DNA of 64,000 nucleotides from Okamejei kenojei (Eukaryota): NCBI GenBank assembly GCA_035221665.1, contig CM069136.1, positions 52,390,001 to 52,454,000 of the forward strand, read 5' to 3'. Shown piece by piece: positions 23,633 to 34,788 of this stretch (position 1 is its first letter; each line of letters starts with the position of its first letter). The notes under the pieces were generated by a model. It saw only the letters and a program-made list of their open reading frames with translations, ran no database searches and was not told where the DNA came from. The position numbers and the translations under genes were made by a program.

Positions 23633-25064
23633 GTTTATTTATTTATTTGTTTATTTGTTGCGAACAAGTAAAGACATAAATAGGAATAAATAACAGCAAC
23701 AAAATCGAAATAGTCAAACAATTGGACATTCCAGGCAATATTTGCAAAGCAATGAAAAGTATAAAGCAAAATTTAAATGTCCAACTCTTTTTCTTTACAA
23801 GATCGAAAAGGGGTGAGAAGAAGAATAACTTATTTAATCTCACCCCTTCTCCCTAAACCCTTCTTCCATATTTAATAATTAATTAATAAATAATAATAAT
23901 TATCACCATTATTAATAACATTGCTTATAATAATAACAATACTGATAATATATCAATAGTAATGTAATATGTAACACAATATACAATATATAATGTACAA
24001 TAGCTAATTATTCATTTAAGATACAATTTAACCGTAGACATACCCCAGACAATTTTTAGAGATGCATACAGACATATATATACATACATACAAGTAATAT
24101 GTATGAAGTAACCAAAAAAAATAAAAATAAATAAATAAACATTAATAAACATTAACCCTTGTTTGTCAACCATCCTCTTCGTCCCTGTACCTTGTGAAAA
24201 AAAGTTTTTGTATGTCATTTTGAACTGGTTCATGTTTGGACATTGCTTTAACTCCACATTCAAACTGTTCCACAATCCCACTCCACAGAACGAAATACAA
24301 AAGGTTTTTCTGGTCGTGCGGACTCTTTGTACCTTAAACTTAAATATTCTTCTTAAATTATAACCCCGCACTCACTCATTGAATAATTTTTGTATATTTC
24401 CAGGTAAGTTTTTATTTTTGGCCCTAAACATTATCTGTGCTGTTTTCAATGAAACCAAATCTGCTGATTTTAATAATTTTGACTGTAAGAATAATGAATT
24501 AGTGTGATCCAGATACCTGACATTGTGAATAATGCGTATTGCTCTTTTTTGTAGTTAATGAATGTAGCGAACTTTTATAGTTATTGCCCCAGACTTCCGC
24601 ACAGTAATTTAAGTAGGGTAAGATTAGTGAACAGTAGAGAATGCGGAGTGATTTGTGATCCAGAACCTGCTTAACTTTGTGTAATACAGAAATGCTTTTT
24701 GACAGTTTGGATTGTACATGTTTAATGTGTGTTTTCCAGCTGATTCTATCATCCATTATAACCCCAAGAAATTTATTTTCATGAACTCGTTCAATTTCAA
24801 CCCCATTTATCTTTATATTTGCTTGTGTATATGTTTCTGCAATTACCAAATAACATTATTTTGGTTTTGCTCAAATTTAATGATATTTTGTTCCTGTCAA
24901 ACCATGTTTTCAGTTTGCCCATTTCTTTTGTTATTTTGTCAAGTAGTTGGTTTAAATTTGCCCCAGAACAAAAAATATTTGTGTTGTCTGCGAACAAGAC
25001 CAGCCTCAAGGCATTGGACACCTTACAAATGTTGTTTATATACATGATGAATAGTTAGATGAAT
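23633..25064 (-). mobile_element. 5'-truncated Crack/L2-group LINE inserted in DIRS
   Basis: YINNICKVS..LVLFADNTNI, KFLGVIMDDRISWKTHI, LILPYLNYCAEVWG; (ATAA)n tail; AGAAT duplicated at 23628-23632 and 25065-25069. Confidence 0.85.
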
Positions 25065-25081
25065 AGAATCAACCTATTAAT

Positions 25082-26064
25082 TTGCAGAGTCTAAGAAGAC
25101 TTTTTCTGGGGCTCGGATTATCCGACCGAACGGTGGATGTGATCACTGCAGCTTGGTGGGACGGCACTAAGAAGCAGTACATTTCTTACATTAAGCAATG
25201 GGAAGCTTTTTGTGTTAATTCAGATATAACGTACATTACAGCAGATACAGCTGATGTGTTGGAATTCCTTTCAACTCTATATTTTGATAAAAAATTAAGT
25301 TATAGTGCTATTAACACTGCTCGAAGTACTTTATCATCATACTTGCTGCTGGGGTCGGGACACCATTCTATCGACTTTCACCCTTTGGTATCCAAATTTA
25401 TGAGGGGTATATTTAACAAAAACCCTCCCAGGCCCAGATATACGGAGGTATGGGATATTAATGTGGTATTAACGCTGCTTCGCAGTTGTGCACCAGCTGC
25501 ATCTTTGTCTTTGGTCCAGCTCACCTATAAATTAATGATGCTCATGGCGCTCGTTTCGGCGCAACGTGTACAGTCATTACAGAAATTGAGGCTGGATAAG
25601 GCAGTTATGTCTAAAAATTGGGTAACCTTTTACATAAATGAGTTAATGAAGCAAAGTAGACCAGGTGTGCTAGGATTTAACGTGGAATTTTTGGCATATC
25701 CACCTGATCGTAGGTTATGTGTTGTTACGTATATTAAACAGTATATAAAGGTTACAAAGGACCTTCGAGGCACCGAACTGGCTGTTTTCATCAGTCACAG
25801 AAAACCACACAGAAGGGTATCGGTGCAGACTATTTCTAGATGGTTGAGATGTGTATTAGCATTCGTAGGAGTGGACACAGATGTATTTAAATCTCACTGT
25901 ACCAGGGCTGCAGCCACGTCGGCAGCAAGAGCCATGGAAGTTCCGCTGGACCACATCCTAGTGACAGCAGGATGGTCGAATGAGTGAACATTTCAAGCAT
26001 TTTATAATAAGCCTATTACCAGGCCTGGTTTGTTTGCTAGAAAAAAATTAAGTTCTGTTAAATA
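25082..26064 (+). pseudogene. DIRS tyrosine recombinase with one premature stop at 25985-25987
   Basis: SAQRVQSL (catalytic R), KSHCTRAAATS (HxxR), TAGWS; after the stop TFQAFYNKPI contains the catalytic Tyr. Confidence 0.92.
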
Positions 26065-27069
26065 ATCTATTGTTTATCCCTGATGTAAGGGACCGTTATT
26101 ATTATTTTCATTAAAAGCATGGACATGTTTAAGTCAATATTATGTTTTAATGCGGTATGTTTCTTCAGCCTTGTCTGATCAACTGAGGCAGTATGTTTGC
26201 ATGGACTCGGGTTCACTGCATGAAACCACGGAGCTTCGAAATCTTCACGTAGTCACTCTCGTGACTTCGAAATAAAATAGAAAGATTAAACAAGAACGTA
26301 CCATTTGAAGTTTGATCTTTATTTTATGAGAAGTTGAAGTGAGGGATTACGGGCCCTACACTCCCAACCGTATTCTCATAAAGATCATTCGGTAGTTCTA
26401 GTTCGTTAATCTTCCTATAGCTTAGGTCAGCAACTATTATGTGGTTTCATACTGCTGCTTTAAGGTTTGACGCGCATGTGGACTGGCGGGCTCTTCACAT
26501 AATCCCTCACTTCAATTTCTCATAAAATAAAGATCAAACTTCAAATGGTAAGCTCGTTTAATCTTTCTATTTTGTTCCTTCAATGATGGACTTCTCTACT
26601 CCACAGTGAACTTAGTTTACTGTGTTTTTTTTTCCAATATGTCAGTATCTTTTTGAAACTTTCTTCTCCCTTAAGTGACTTATTGTGCACATAACTTATT
26701 GTTGTCAGCAAACTTAGATTCTATTCTTTCATGTGAGTTACCGGGAAAATTGTAAAAAGATACAGAACTCTAGGGAACATCACAACATCCGCCATTTCAA
26801 TCTCCTACTTACGAGTCAACACACTTTTCATTTTTGCCCAAGGTCATCCCTGGATGTCCATCAAGTCAGGTTTTTTACATTGAATAACTTTTCGAATGCA
26901 TGAATAATATCATAGGGAGTCCATCAGCTACCCAAATCGATATCATTTCAGCAAGGTTTCTCAAATGTTCATTTACACTTTCCCTCAAGTAAATCTCAGT
27001 GATTTCCTCACAACAAGTATTTGACTCAGTGGTCCTTATTTATATGGGCTCCCTCTTTTGGTCCGGACA

Positions 27070-27926
27070 CCCAGTGGTGCTGTAAGCTGGCTGCCTCTGC
27101 CTTCAGTCTGGTATCTTTTTTATTTTTGTTATGTTTAAAGCATGTTTTATTTGTTTTTTTGTTGTTGTTTTATGTAGGGGAAAGAGGGTACGGTAAGGGG
27201 GAAACCGTCCTCCAGTCCAGAGGATGCGACTATTATTCGAGTCGCATCCTCGCTCCCCCCCCCCCCCCCCCTCCCACGTGGCCTACCTACTGGACTGGCG
27301 CAGCCTTTCCTGCCGGGACCGACCAGAGCTCCAGCAGCGGCAGCGCAGTGCTGGATACATCGCGGAACAGGCGATACCTTACCTGGGATCGCCGTTTGGA
27401 GCTCCGGAGTATTGGGCCTGCAGCATCAACATTGCGGAGCTGTGGTTTGCGGAGCACCCGATGTAGGCGGCACTGACCAACATTGCGGAGTCCTGCAACC
27501 CTTTGGTGGGGGTCGCCAGCGTGAATCTCCGCCCAGCTTGGCCTGTGGACTTCGGGAGCCGCGGACTCCGGTAGGAGGTGGTCAATTTAGAGGTCCGGGC
27601 CACTGAGGGTGTTCTCCCGTTCGAAGTCGGGGTTCCATCATTCCCGACGAGAGGACCTGAACATCGGGCCAACCGTAGCGGTGACTACGGGGTGCTCGGG
27701 AGCCCCTGACCATGGGTGAACATCTGGGAAGATCAGCGAGGAGGTGGACTGGACTTTGGTTCCTTCCCTCACAGTGGGGAACTTTGGTGCCGCTGTGGGG
27801 TTGTGTAGTGTCATGGACTTCTGTGTATTGTGCTTTTTTAAAATTATTTGTTTGACTGTAGGAAAAAGGCATTTTGTTGTCTCTTTATGAGACAATGACA
27901 ATAAATTGAATCCAATCCAATCCAAT
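27070..27926 (+). repeat. GC-rich non-coding retroposon-like repeat ending in AATAAA plus (ATCCA)n tail
   Basis: Microsatellite tail at 27909-27926 after CAATAAA; CpG-rich body unlike its flanks; family not identified. Confidence 0.55.
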
Positions 27927-27982
27927 CTTTTGCCCTCATGAAATTCTCGCAAAACTTATCTTCCATTTATTTTTTATAGTAT

Positions 27983-28284
27983 TTAGACTTTAGACTTTAG
28001 AGATACAGCGTGGAAACAGGTCCTTTGGCACACAGCGCCCGCACTGATCAGCGATCACCCCATACTATCATGTACACAAGGGACTATTTACAATTTACAG
28101 AAGCCAATTAACCTACAAACCTGTATGTTTTTGGAGTGTGGGACGAAACTGGTGCACCCCGACAAAGACCCACGCGGTCACGGGGAGAACGTACAGACGT
28201 AAAGACAGCACTCGTAGTCAGGATCAAACCCGGGTGTCTGGCGCTGTAAGGCAGCAACTCGACCGCTGCACCACTGTGCTGCCC
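27983..28284 (-). mobile_element. V-SINE/HE1-type SINE, full length
   Basis: tRNA head, central core, CR1-like tail with (TCTAAAG)n. Confidence 0.88.
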
Positions 28285-28899
28285 TTGTCTTTATGTGTTA
28301 TATAATCTGCTTTGATAGCTTGCAAACAAATCTTTTCACTGCATGTGACAATAATAAAATTAAATCAAAACCTAAACCATTGTTCTTAAGAGTAAAATCT
28401 TGATGTATTTTGTGTTTGGAGAGGTTTGCCTGAGAGTTTTTCTCAGAGAATTCCTGCTTGTTGTGATGAATAAAGACATTTACATCCACCAGCTTCAGTC
28501 TCCTGTGTGCTACCTAATCCAATCTGTCATTTCCATCAACCTAGGCCTCAAGCAATGATGACAATAGAAACATGGCCATGAGAAAATCTATGTTTAATAT
28601 CTCAAGGATCCCACAGAGTGATCTCTCCTTGGTTCCTCCCGGCCAACCTGCTTCATCCCAACCAATAGAAGCTATTGAGTCTTTCGTAGCTGCTCTGCAG
28701 TCTACTATAACCAGCAGCTGAGAAGAGACACAAAGATTTTGTATCAGAAAACCTCAAGACTTGTTTGATGAAAATTACCAGACATAGTATGTAACTAATG
28801 GGAAACACGAGGCATTCTTGCACTCAAAACATTATCAAATCCTATGGGGAAAAAGAAGCAACTCAACATGCATCCAAAAGCCAAGACCTAACCAAAATC

Positions 28900-29082
28900 A
28901 GATGACATATGGGAAGTAGAGAGAATCCAGAGAATTATAGACCAATAAACCTCACATCAGAAGGTAGGTGGTAAAACCCATGTGATCACAGGGGGAATGT
29001 ACAAACTCCATAGTCAGGATTGAAACCTGGGTCTCTGGTGGTGTAGGTTGGCAACTCTACCACTGCGCCACTGTGCCGCCCT
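28900..29082. repeat. Old CR1 RT fragment (+) followed by a SINE head (-)
   Basis: GSRENPENYRPINLTS; SINE 5' end at 28970-29082. Confidence 0.6.
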
Positions 29083-29205
29083 AATATACACAATGTGGTC
29101 ACATCCAGCAAGGACGTATTTCATTGCCCATCTTTCAACAGTCACATTGTGCTGTTAAGCAGGGAATTTCTGGATTATGACCCAACAATGTTTATAGGTC
29201 CAAAT

Positions 29206-29985
29206 CTGGATGGGGAAAAGTGTGGAGTCATGCATTTTGGTAGTAGGAATTAAGGCATAGACTATTTTCTAAACCGGGAGTGAATTCTGAAATCGGAGGT
29301 GCATAGGGACTTGGGAATGCAGGTGCAGGATTTCCAAAAAGTTAATTTGCAAGTCGAATCGGTAGTAAGGAAGCCCAATGGAATGCTAGCATTTATTTTG
29401 AGAGGGCTAGAATACAAAAGCAGGGATGAAATACAGAGGCTTTAATAAGACACCGGTCAGACCATATTCGGAGTATTGTGAGGAGTTTTGAGCTCCATTT
29501 CTAAAGAAGGATGTGCTGATGTTGGAGAGGAGGTTGACAAGAATGATCCCAGGGATGAGTCGGTTAACATATGATAAGTGTTTAACAGCACTGGGCCTGT
29601 GCTCACTACAGTTTAGAAGGATGAGGGGGTACATCATTGAAACTTATCGAATAGTGGAAAGCATAAAAAGAGTGGATGTGGAGAGGATGTTTCCAGTAGT
29701 GGAAGAGGCTAGGGCCAGAAGGCATAGCCTCAGAATAAAAGGACACCCCCTTAGAAAGGAGATGAGGAGCAAATTGTTTAGTCAGAAGGTGTTGAATTTG
29801 TGGAATTCATTGCCACAGAAGGTTGTGGAATCCAAGTTGATGGATATTTTTAAGGTGGAAATTAATAGGTTCTTAATTAGTAAGTGTGTCAAGGGTTGAG
29901 GGGTTGGGGTTGAGAGGGAAAGATTGAATGGCGGAGAAGACTTGATGGGCCGAATAGCCTAATTCTGTTCCAACAACCTATGAAC
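29206..29985 (+). mobile_element. CR1 LINE 3' part
   Basis: RRLTRMIPGM, RHSLRIKG, FSQKVLNLWNSLP. Confidence 0.9.
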
Positions 29986-30449
29986 CTGAAAGGGATTGAA
30001 TTTAGTCATGAGATTCTGATCAACAACAAACTTAGAATTGAGTATCTGAAACACAAAGTATCCCCGAGAAGCTGTTTTAAAACAATGGACCACTCTTCTT
30101 ATTATAACTTAATAAGTTGAATAGAAAAATCTGCATGATGGAATCCAGCACTCATTTATTGCCCTACAACAGCTGGCACACTCTATCACTGCTGCTAAGA
30201 TGTCTGTATGTTTTACATTGGAAGTGTCGAAAACAAGTTTTCCAAGGTTGTTTTAGTTGAACAATGAATCATCGGCCAGATATTTCACTTGGTCATGTAT
30301 CATATGATGCCACATGGAATCACAGAAAGCACTCCAGTAGAGATTCAATATGTTAGGAGTCTCAGATGCACTTGAGTGTAGCATGGCTTCAGTATGAGGA
30401 AAGAGTGGAGAAACTGTATGTAAAACAAAAGAAAACCTAACCAGTTTCA

Positions 30450-32515
30450 ACCTGAAACATCATCCATTCCTCCTCTCCAGAGATGCTGCCTGTCCTGCTG
30501 AGTTACTACAGCTTTTTGTGTCTATCTTTGGTTTAAATCAGCCTCTGCAGTTTCTTCTTGCCTAAAAGAAAAGTAAAGATTTGCATTTCAAAAACTCTTT
30601 GGGGTGAGACAAAGAAAACCACACCAGACAGCATTAGGGATAGATACTTCTCAGGGTAAATAGGTAAAATAGTAAAGTAGGATACTAATGGGATGATGTA
30701 AGTTTCCAGTATTAGATTATATTCTGTGCAATTGAGCAGAAAATATATTAGTGTTCAGATTTACTAAGTTTACAGGAAGAAATCACCAGGTATTATCATT
30801 ACATTTGTTTTTTCGCCTTCCATCACAGTGATGAATGTAGAGGAGTCACTGTGGTGGATGTTTATGTTAAAATGTATTTTGTGTGTTCTGTTGCTTTTTA
30901 TTGGTATGACTGTATGGCAAATGAAATTCCTCGTAAGTTGCAAAATATACTTGGCTAATAAATTATGATTATGATTATTATGATTATTTACGAGACAATT
31001 AAACAGATACATGGGCAGGTCTGGTTTATAGGCGTATGGGCCAAGCGCTGGCATGTGGGACTAGTGTAGATGGGGCATGTTGGTTGACGTGGGCAAGTTG
31101 GGCCGAAGAGCCTGTTGCCACGCTGCAGAACTCTATGACTCAATGACTCTAAACTGGATGCCGCGGACCTCTAAGCAGAGCTGTGGGCAAAGCCTGGCTG
31201 GTGGCCAGCATCTAGGTAGATCAGACCCAATGTAATATTAAATTGGATGCAAAGTAACAACAAATTACGACCAAACGTTCCATTCTGGAAAAAGGACTTG
31301 AATATTCCGATAAATATCACGGCTCTTTCCATAAATGTGCACATTCTGGCCCAATTGATTTGTGATCTTGAAATTATATCAAGTCATGAAGCGTTACCTA
31401 TCTCTGTTCTCCAGAGATGCTGCTTGACCCGCTGAGTTACTCCACCACTATGTGTCCTTTTGTGTAAACCAGCATCTGCAGTTCCTTATTTCTATATTTT
31501 TATGTATTTTCTAGTTGCCGCTTCAATTGACAAAGTTTTGGGTGAAGGTATTATGAAACTTTCATATGCCAGTATATACAAGACAAAATTTTAGACACAC
31601 AGTATTATTTTCATGTTAAAGGCAATGTGCATACAGTGCAGAAACAGGCTACACTTCTCATCTCATCCTTGCTGGCCAGAATGCACAATCTATGTTAATC
31701 CCATTTGCCTGCATTTGGCCCATGTCCCACAAAACCCTTCATGTGCATGTGCCTGTCCAAGTGTCTTTACAATGCTTTTATATTATCTGCCTCACCTACC
31801 TCCTCTGGAAGCTCTTTCATATACCCACCACTCTCCCTGTGAAAAAGTTGCTCCTCAAGTTCCTTTTAAATCTTTGCCCTCTCACTACGTTCTCTGGTTC
31901 TTGATTCACCTATTCTGTGCATTCACCCTGTCTGTTCCCCTCATGATTTTATACACCTCTGTAAGATTACCCCTCAGCCTCCTGAGCTCCAAGGATTAAA
32001 GTCCTATCCTGCCCAACCTTTTCCTCTAGCTGTGATTCTTGGCAACATCCTTGTAAATTCTTAATGCTCTACTCAGCACCATTGTACAGCTAAATGTTCT
32101 AAATATATACTTCAATCATCGTGCAAATTCAGATTTTTTTAAATATAACACATTCATTTCTGAACTTCATGTTTTTTTTAAGAATTGCAGCCAAATGACT
32201 TGACCAAACACATGACATTATTTTCTCTTGATGCACATAAAGTGTTTCTGTTTGATTAGTAAACATAATTGATAAAAGTTACTGCACATTGAATATGATT
32301 AATTGCTTTCGGAAATGTATCTGATAACTCTTTGCAAGAAAAGCTAAAGCCAACTGGACAAATGACTCTGTCTCCGCCTCTTCCTTTCTTCTCCCCCCCC
32401 CCCTCCCACGCCCCCGCTTCAGTCTGAAGAAGGGTCTCGACCCAAAACGTCACCTATTTCTTCGCTCCATAGATGCTGCCTCACCCACTGAGTTTCTTCA
32501 GCATTTTTGTCTATC
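30450..32515. repeat. Mixed cluster: Penelope terminal-repeat units (30450-30560, 31390-31495, 32420-32515), LINE 3' tail fragments (30820-31150) and CR1 3' fragment (31630-32060, -)
   Basis: Similarity to other copies in the window. Confidence 0.7.
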
Positions 32516-32929
32516 TATGATAATTATGACTAATAATTAGCAGTAAAATAAAATGGATAATGCAAATTTTACTTCGGAGTCACGTGAGTGACTACGGGAG
32601 AGCCATGCCAGCAGCGCCTAGGACAGGGCTGCTCAAGGTCTCCTTGTTGCAAAGGTCAATGGAACATGATACTTTATTGATGTTAGCATTGTATATTGCT
32701 TTATTTTTTAACTGGTCTCTTTATGTTGGGGGGAATATCTTTTGTCCCTTTCTATGTTTGAAATGTAAAAGTACTGATTTTATTAGTGTGACACCGAACT
32801 TGTCACAGCGCTGGCCTATGGGAGAGCCGCGCCAGCAGCACCTGTTGACAGGGCTGTGTATGTGACCTCCCGTAAGCAGGAGCTGGGAGAGCCAGGGCAG
32901 TATAAATCTGACCCTGAAGTGGTGACCTC

Positions 32930-34788
32930 AAAGTCAAAGTCAAGTCAAAAGAGTTTATTGTCATGTGTCCCTGACAGGACAATGAAATTCTTTCTTTGCA
33001 TAGCACAACAGAACATTGTAGGCTTTGACTACAGTTATATACTTAAACACACACATTAATTAATAAATTAATAAAGTGCAAATAACAGATGGAGGGGTAT
33101 TAATGTTCAGAGTTTTGTCCGAGCCAGGTTTAATAGCCTGATGGCTGTGGGGAAGTAGCTATTCCTGAACCGGGTTGTTGCAGTTCTCAGGCTCCTGTAC
33201 CTTCTACCCGAAGGTAGCAGGGAGATGAGTGTGTGGCCAGGGTGGTGTGGGTCCTTGATGATGCTGCCAGCCTTTTTGAGGCAGCGACTGTGGTAGATCC
33301 CCTCGATGGAAGGAAGGTCAGAGCCAATGATGGACTGGGCAGTGTTTACTACTTTTTGTAGTCTTTTCCTCTCCAGGACATTCAAGTTGCCGAACCAAGC
33401 CATGATGCAACCAGTCAGCAAGCTCTCTACTCTGCACCTGTAGAAGTTAGAGAGAGTCCTCCTTGACAGACTGACTCTCCGTAATCTTCTTAGGAAGTAG
33501 AGGTGCTGATGAGCTTTCTTAATAATTGCATCTGTGTTCTCGGACCAGGAAAGATCTTCACAGATGTGCACACCCAGGAATTTGAAGCTCTTGACCCTTT
33601 CAACCATCGACACGTTGATATAAACAGGACTGTGGGTCCACATCCTACTCCTTCCAAAGTCCACAATCAGTTCTTTGGTTTTACTGGTGTTGAGGGCCAG
33701 GTTATTGTGCTGGCACCATATGGACAGTCGCTTGATCTCTCTTCTGTACTCCGACTCATCCCCATCAGTGATACGTCCCACTACAGTGGTGTCGTCAGCG
33801 AACTTGATGATGGAGTTCGCATTGTGACCGGCTACGCAGTCATGAGTATAGAGTGAGTACAGCAGGGGGCTGAGCACGCAGCCTTGAGGTGCTCCCGTGC
33901 TGATTGATATCGAGTCTGACACATTTCCACCAATACGAACAGACTGTGGTCTGTGAATGAGGAAGTCAAGGATCCAATTGCAGAGGGATGCGCAGAGACC
34001 CAGTTCTGCGAGTTTGGTAACCAGCTTGGAGGGGATGATTGTGTTAAATGCCGAGCTGTAGTCAATGAATAACAGCCTGACATATGAGTTTTTGTTGGCC
34101 AAGTGGTCCAGAGCGGAGTGGAGGGCCAGCGAGATCGCGTCCACCGTTGATCTGTTGTGGCGGTAAGCGAACTGCAGTGGGTCCAGGTTTTTGTCAAGGT
34201 AGGAGTTGATTTGCGCCATGATCAACCTCTCGAAGCACTTCATCAAAGCGTTAGTGCCACAGGTCGATAGTCATTGAGGCACGTCACCTTGCTCTTCTTG
34301 GGCACTGGTATTATTGATGCCCTTTTGAGGCAGGTGGGAACCTCAGACCACAGAAGTGACAGGTTGAAAATGTCCGTAAAAACTCCAGCCAGTTGGTCCG
34401 CACAGGTTTTTAAAACACAACCAGGTATGCCATCAGGTCCAGACGCTTTTCGAGGGTTCACCCCTCTGAAGGATTTCCTGACGTCGGCCTCTGTGACTGA
34501 GACTGAAATACCATCACAGCGAATGGGGGCTCGGGAAGGCACATCGGTGTTCTCCCTATCAATGCGTGCGTAAAATGCATTGAGCTCATCAGGGAGTGAT
34601 GTATCGCTGACATCCGAGCTGCCTCCTGGTTTCGCCTTATAGGAGGTGATTGCATTCAATCCCTGCCACAGCTGCCGAACATCTGTCTCATCCTCCAGTT
34701 TGGAGCAGAACTCCCTTTTGGCCTTTTTGATGGCCTTACCAAGGTCGTATCTGGACTTCGTGTAGACCACTGTATCATCAGACATACA
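32930..34788 (-). mobile_element. Young Rex1/Babar-type LINE, 5'-truncated
   Basis: ORFs 34243-34830 and 33107-34246 ([42 protein letters not shown]); (TTGAC)n-type tail; GTGACCTC at 32922-32929 and 34789-34796. Confidence 0.92.
33107..34246 (-). CDS. Rex1-type reverse transcriptase, C-terminal 379 aa uninterrupted (part of a truncated element)
   Basis: Open frame containing the RT core motifs through to the natural stop. Confidence 0.8.
   Translation of the reverse strand: MMKCFERLIMAQINSYLDKNLDPLQFAYRHNRSTVDAISLALHSALDHLANKNSYVRLLFIDYSSAFNTIIPSKLVTKLAELGLCASLCNWILDFLIHRPQSVRIGGNVSDSISISTGAPQGCVLSPLLYSLYTHDCVAGHNANSIIKFADDTTVVGRITDGDESEYRREIKRLSIWCQHNNLALNTSKTKELIVDFGRSRMWTHSPVYINVSMVERVKSFKFLGVHICEDLSWSENTDAIIKKAHQHLYFLRRLRRVSLSRRTLSNFYRCRVESLLTGCIMAWFGNLNVLERKRLQKVVNTAQSIIGSDLPSIEGIYHSRCLKKAGSIIKDPHHPGHTLISLLPSGRRYRSLRTATTRFRNSYFPTAIRLLNLARTKL

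Larger units (their letters stand above)
20281..26573 (+). mobile_element. DIRS1-type tyrosine-recombinase retrotransposon, full-length but mutated
   Basis: gag, RT/RNase H/MT and YR ORFs; left ITR 20310-20340 vs right ITR 26468-26498; ICR 26242-26350 complementary to both termini. Confidence 0.95.

Noticed and set aside
25082-25987. Prophage integrase or bacterial methyltransferase system
   Set aside because: YR and MT-like domains are standard DIRS components lying within ITR/ICR boundaries.
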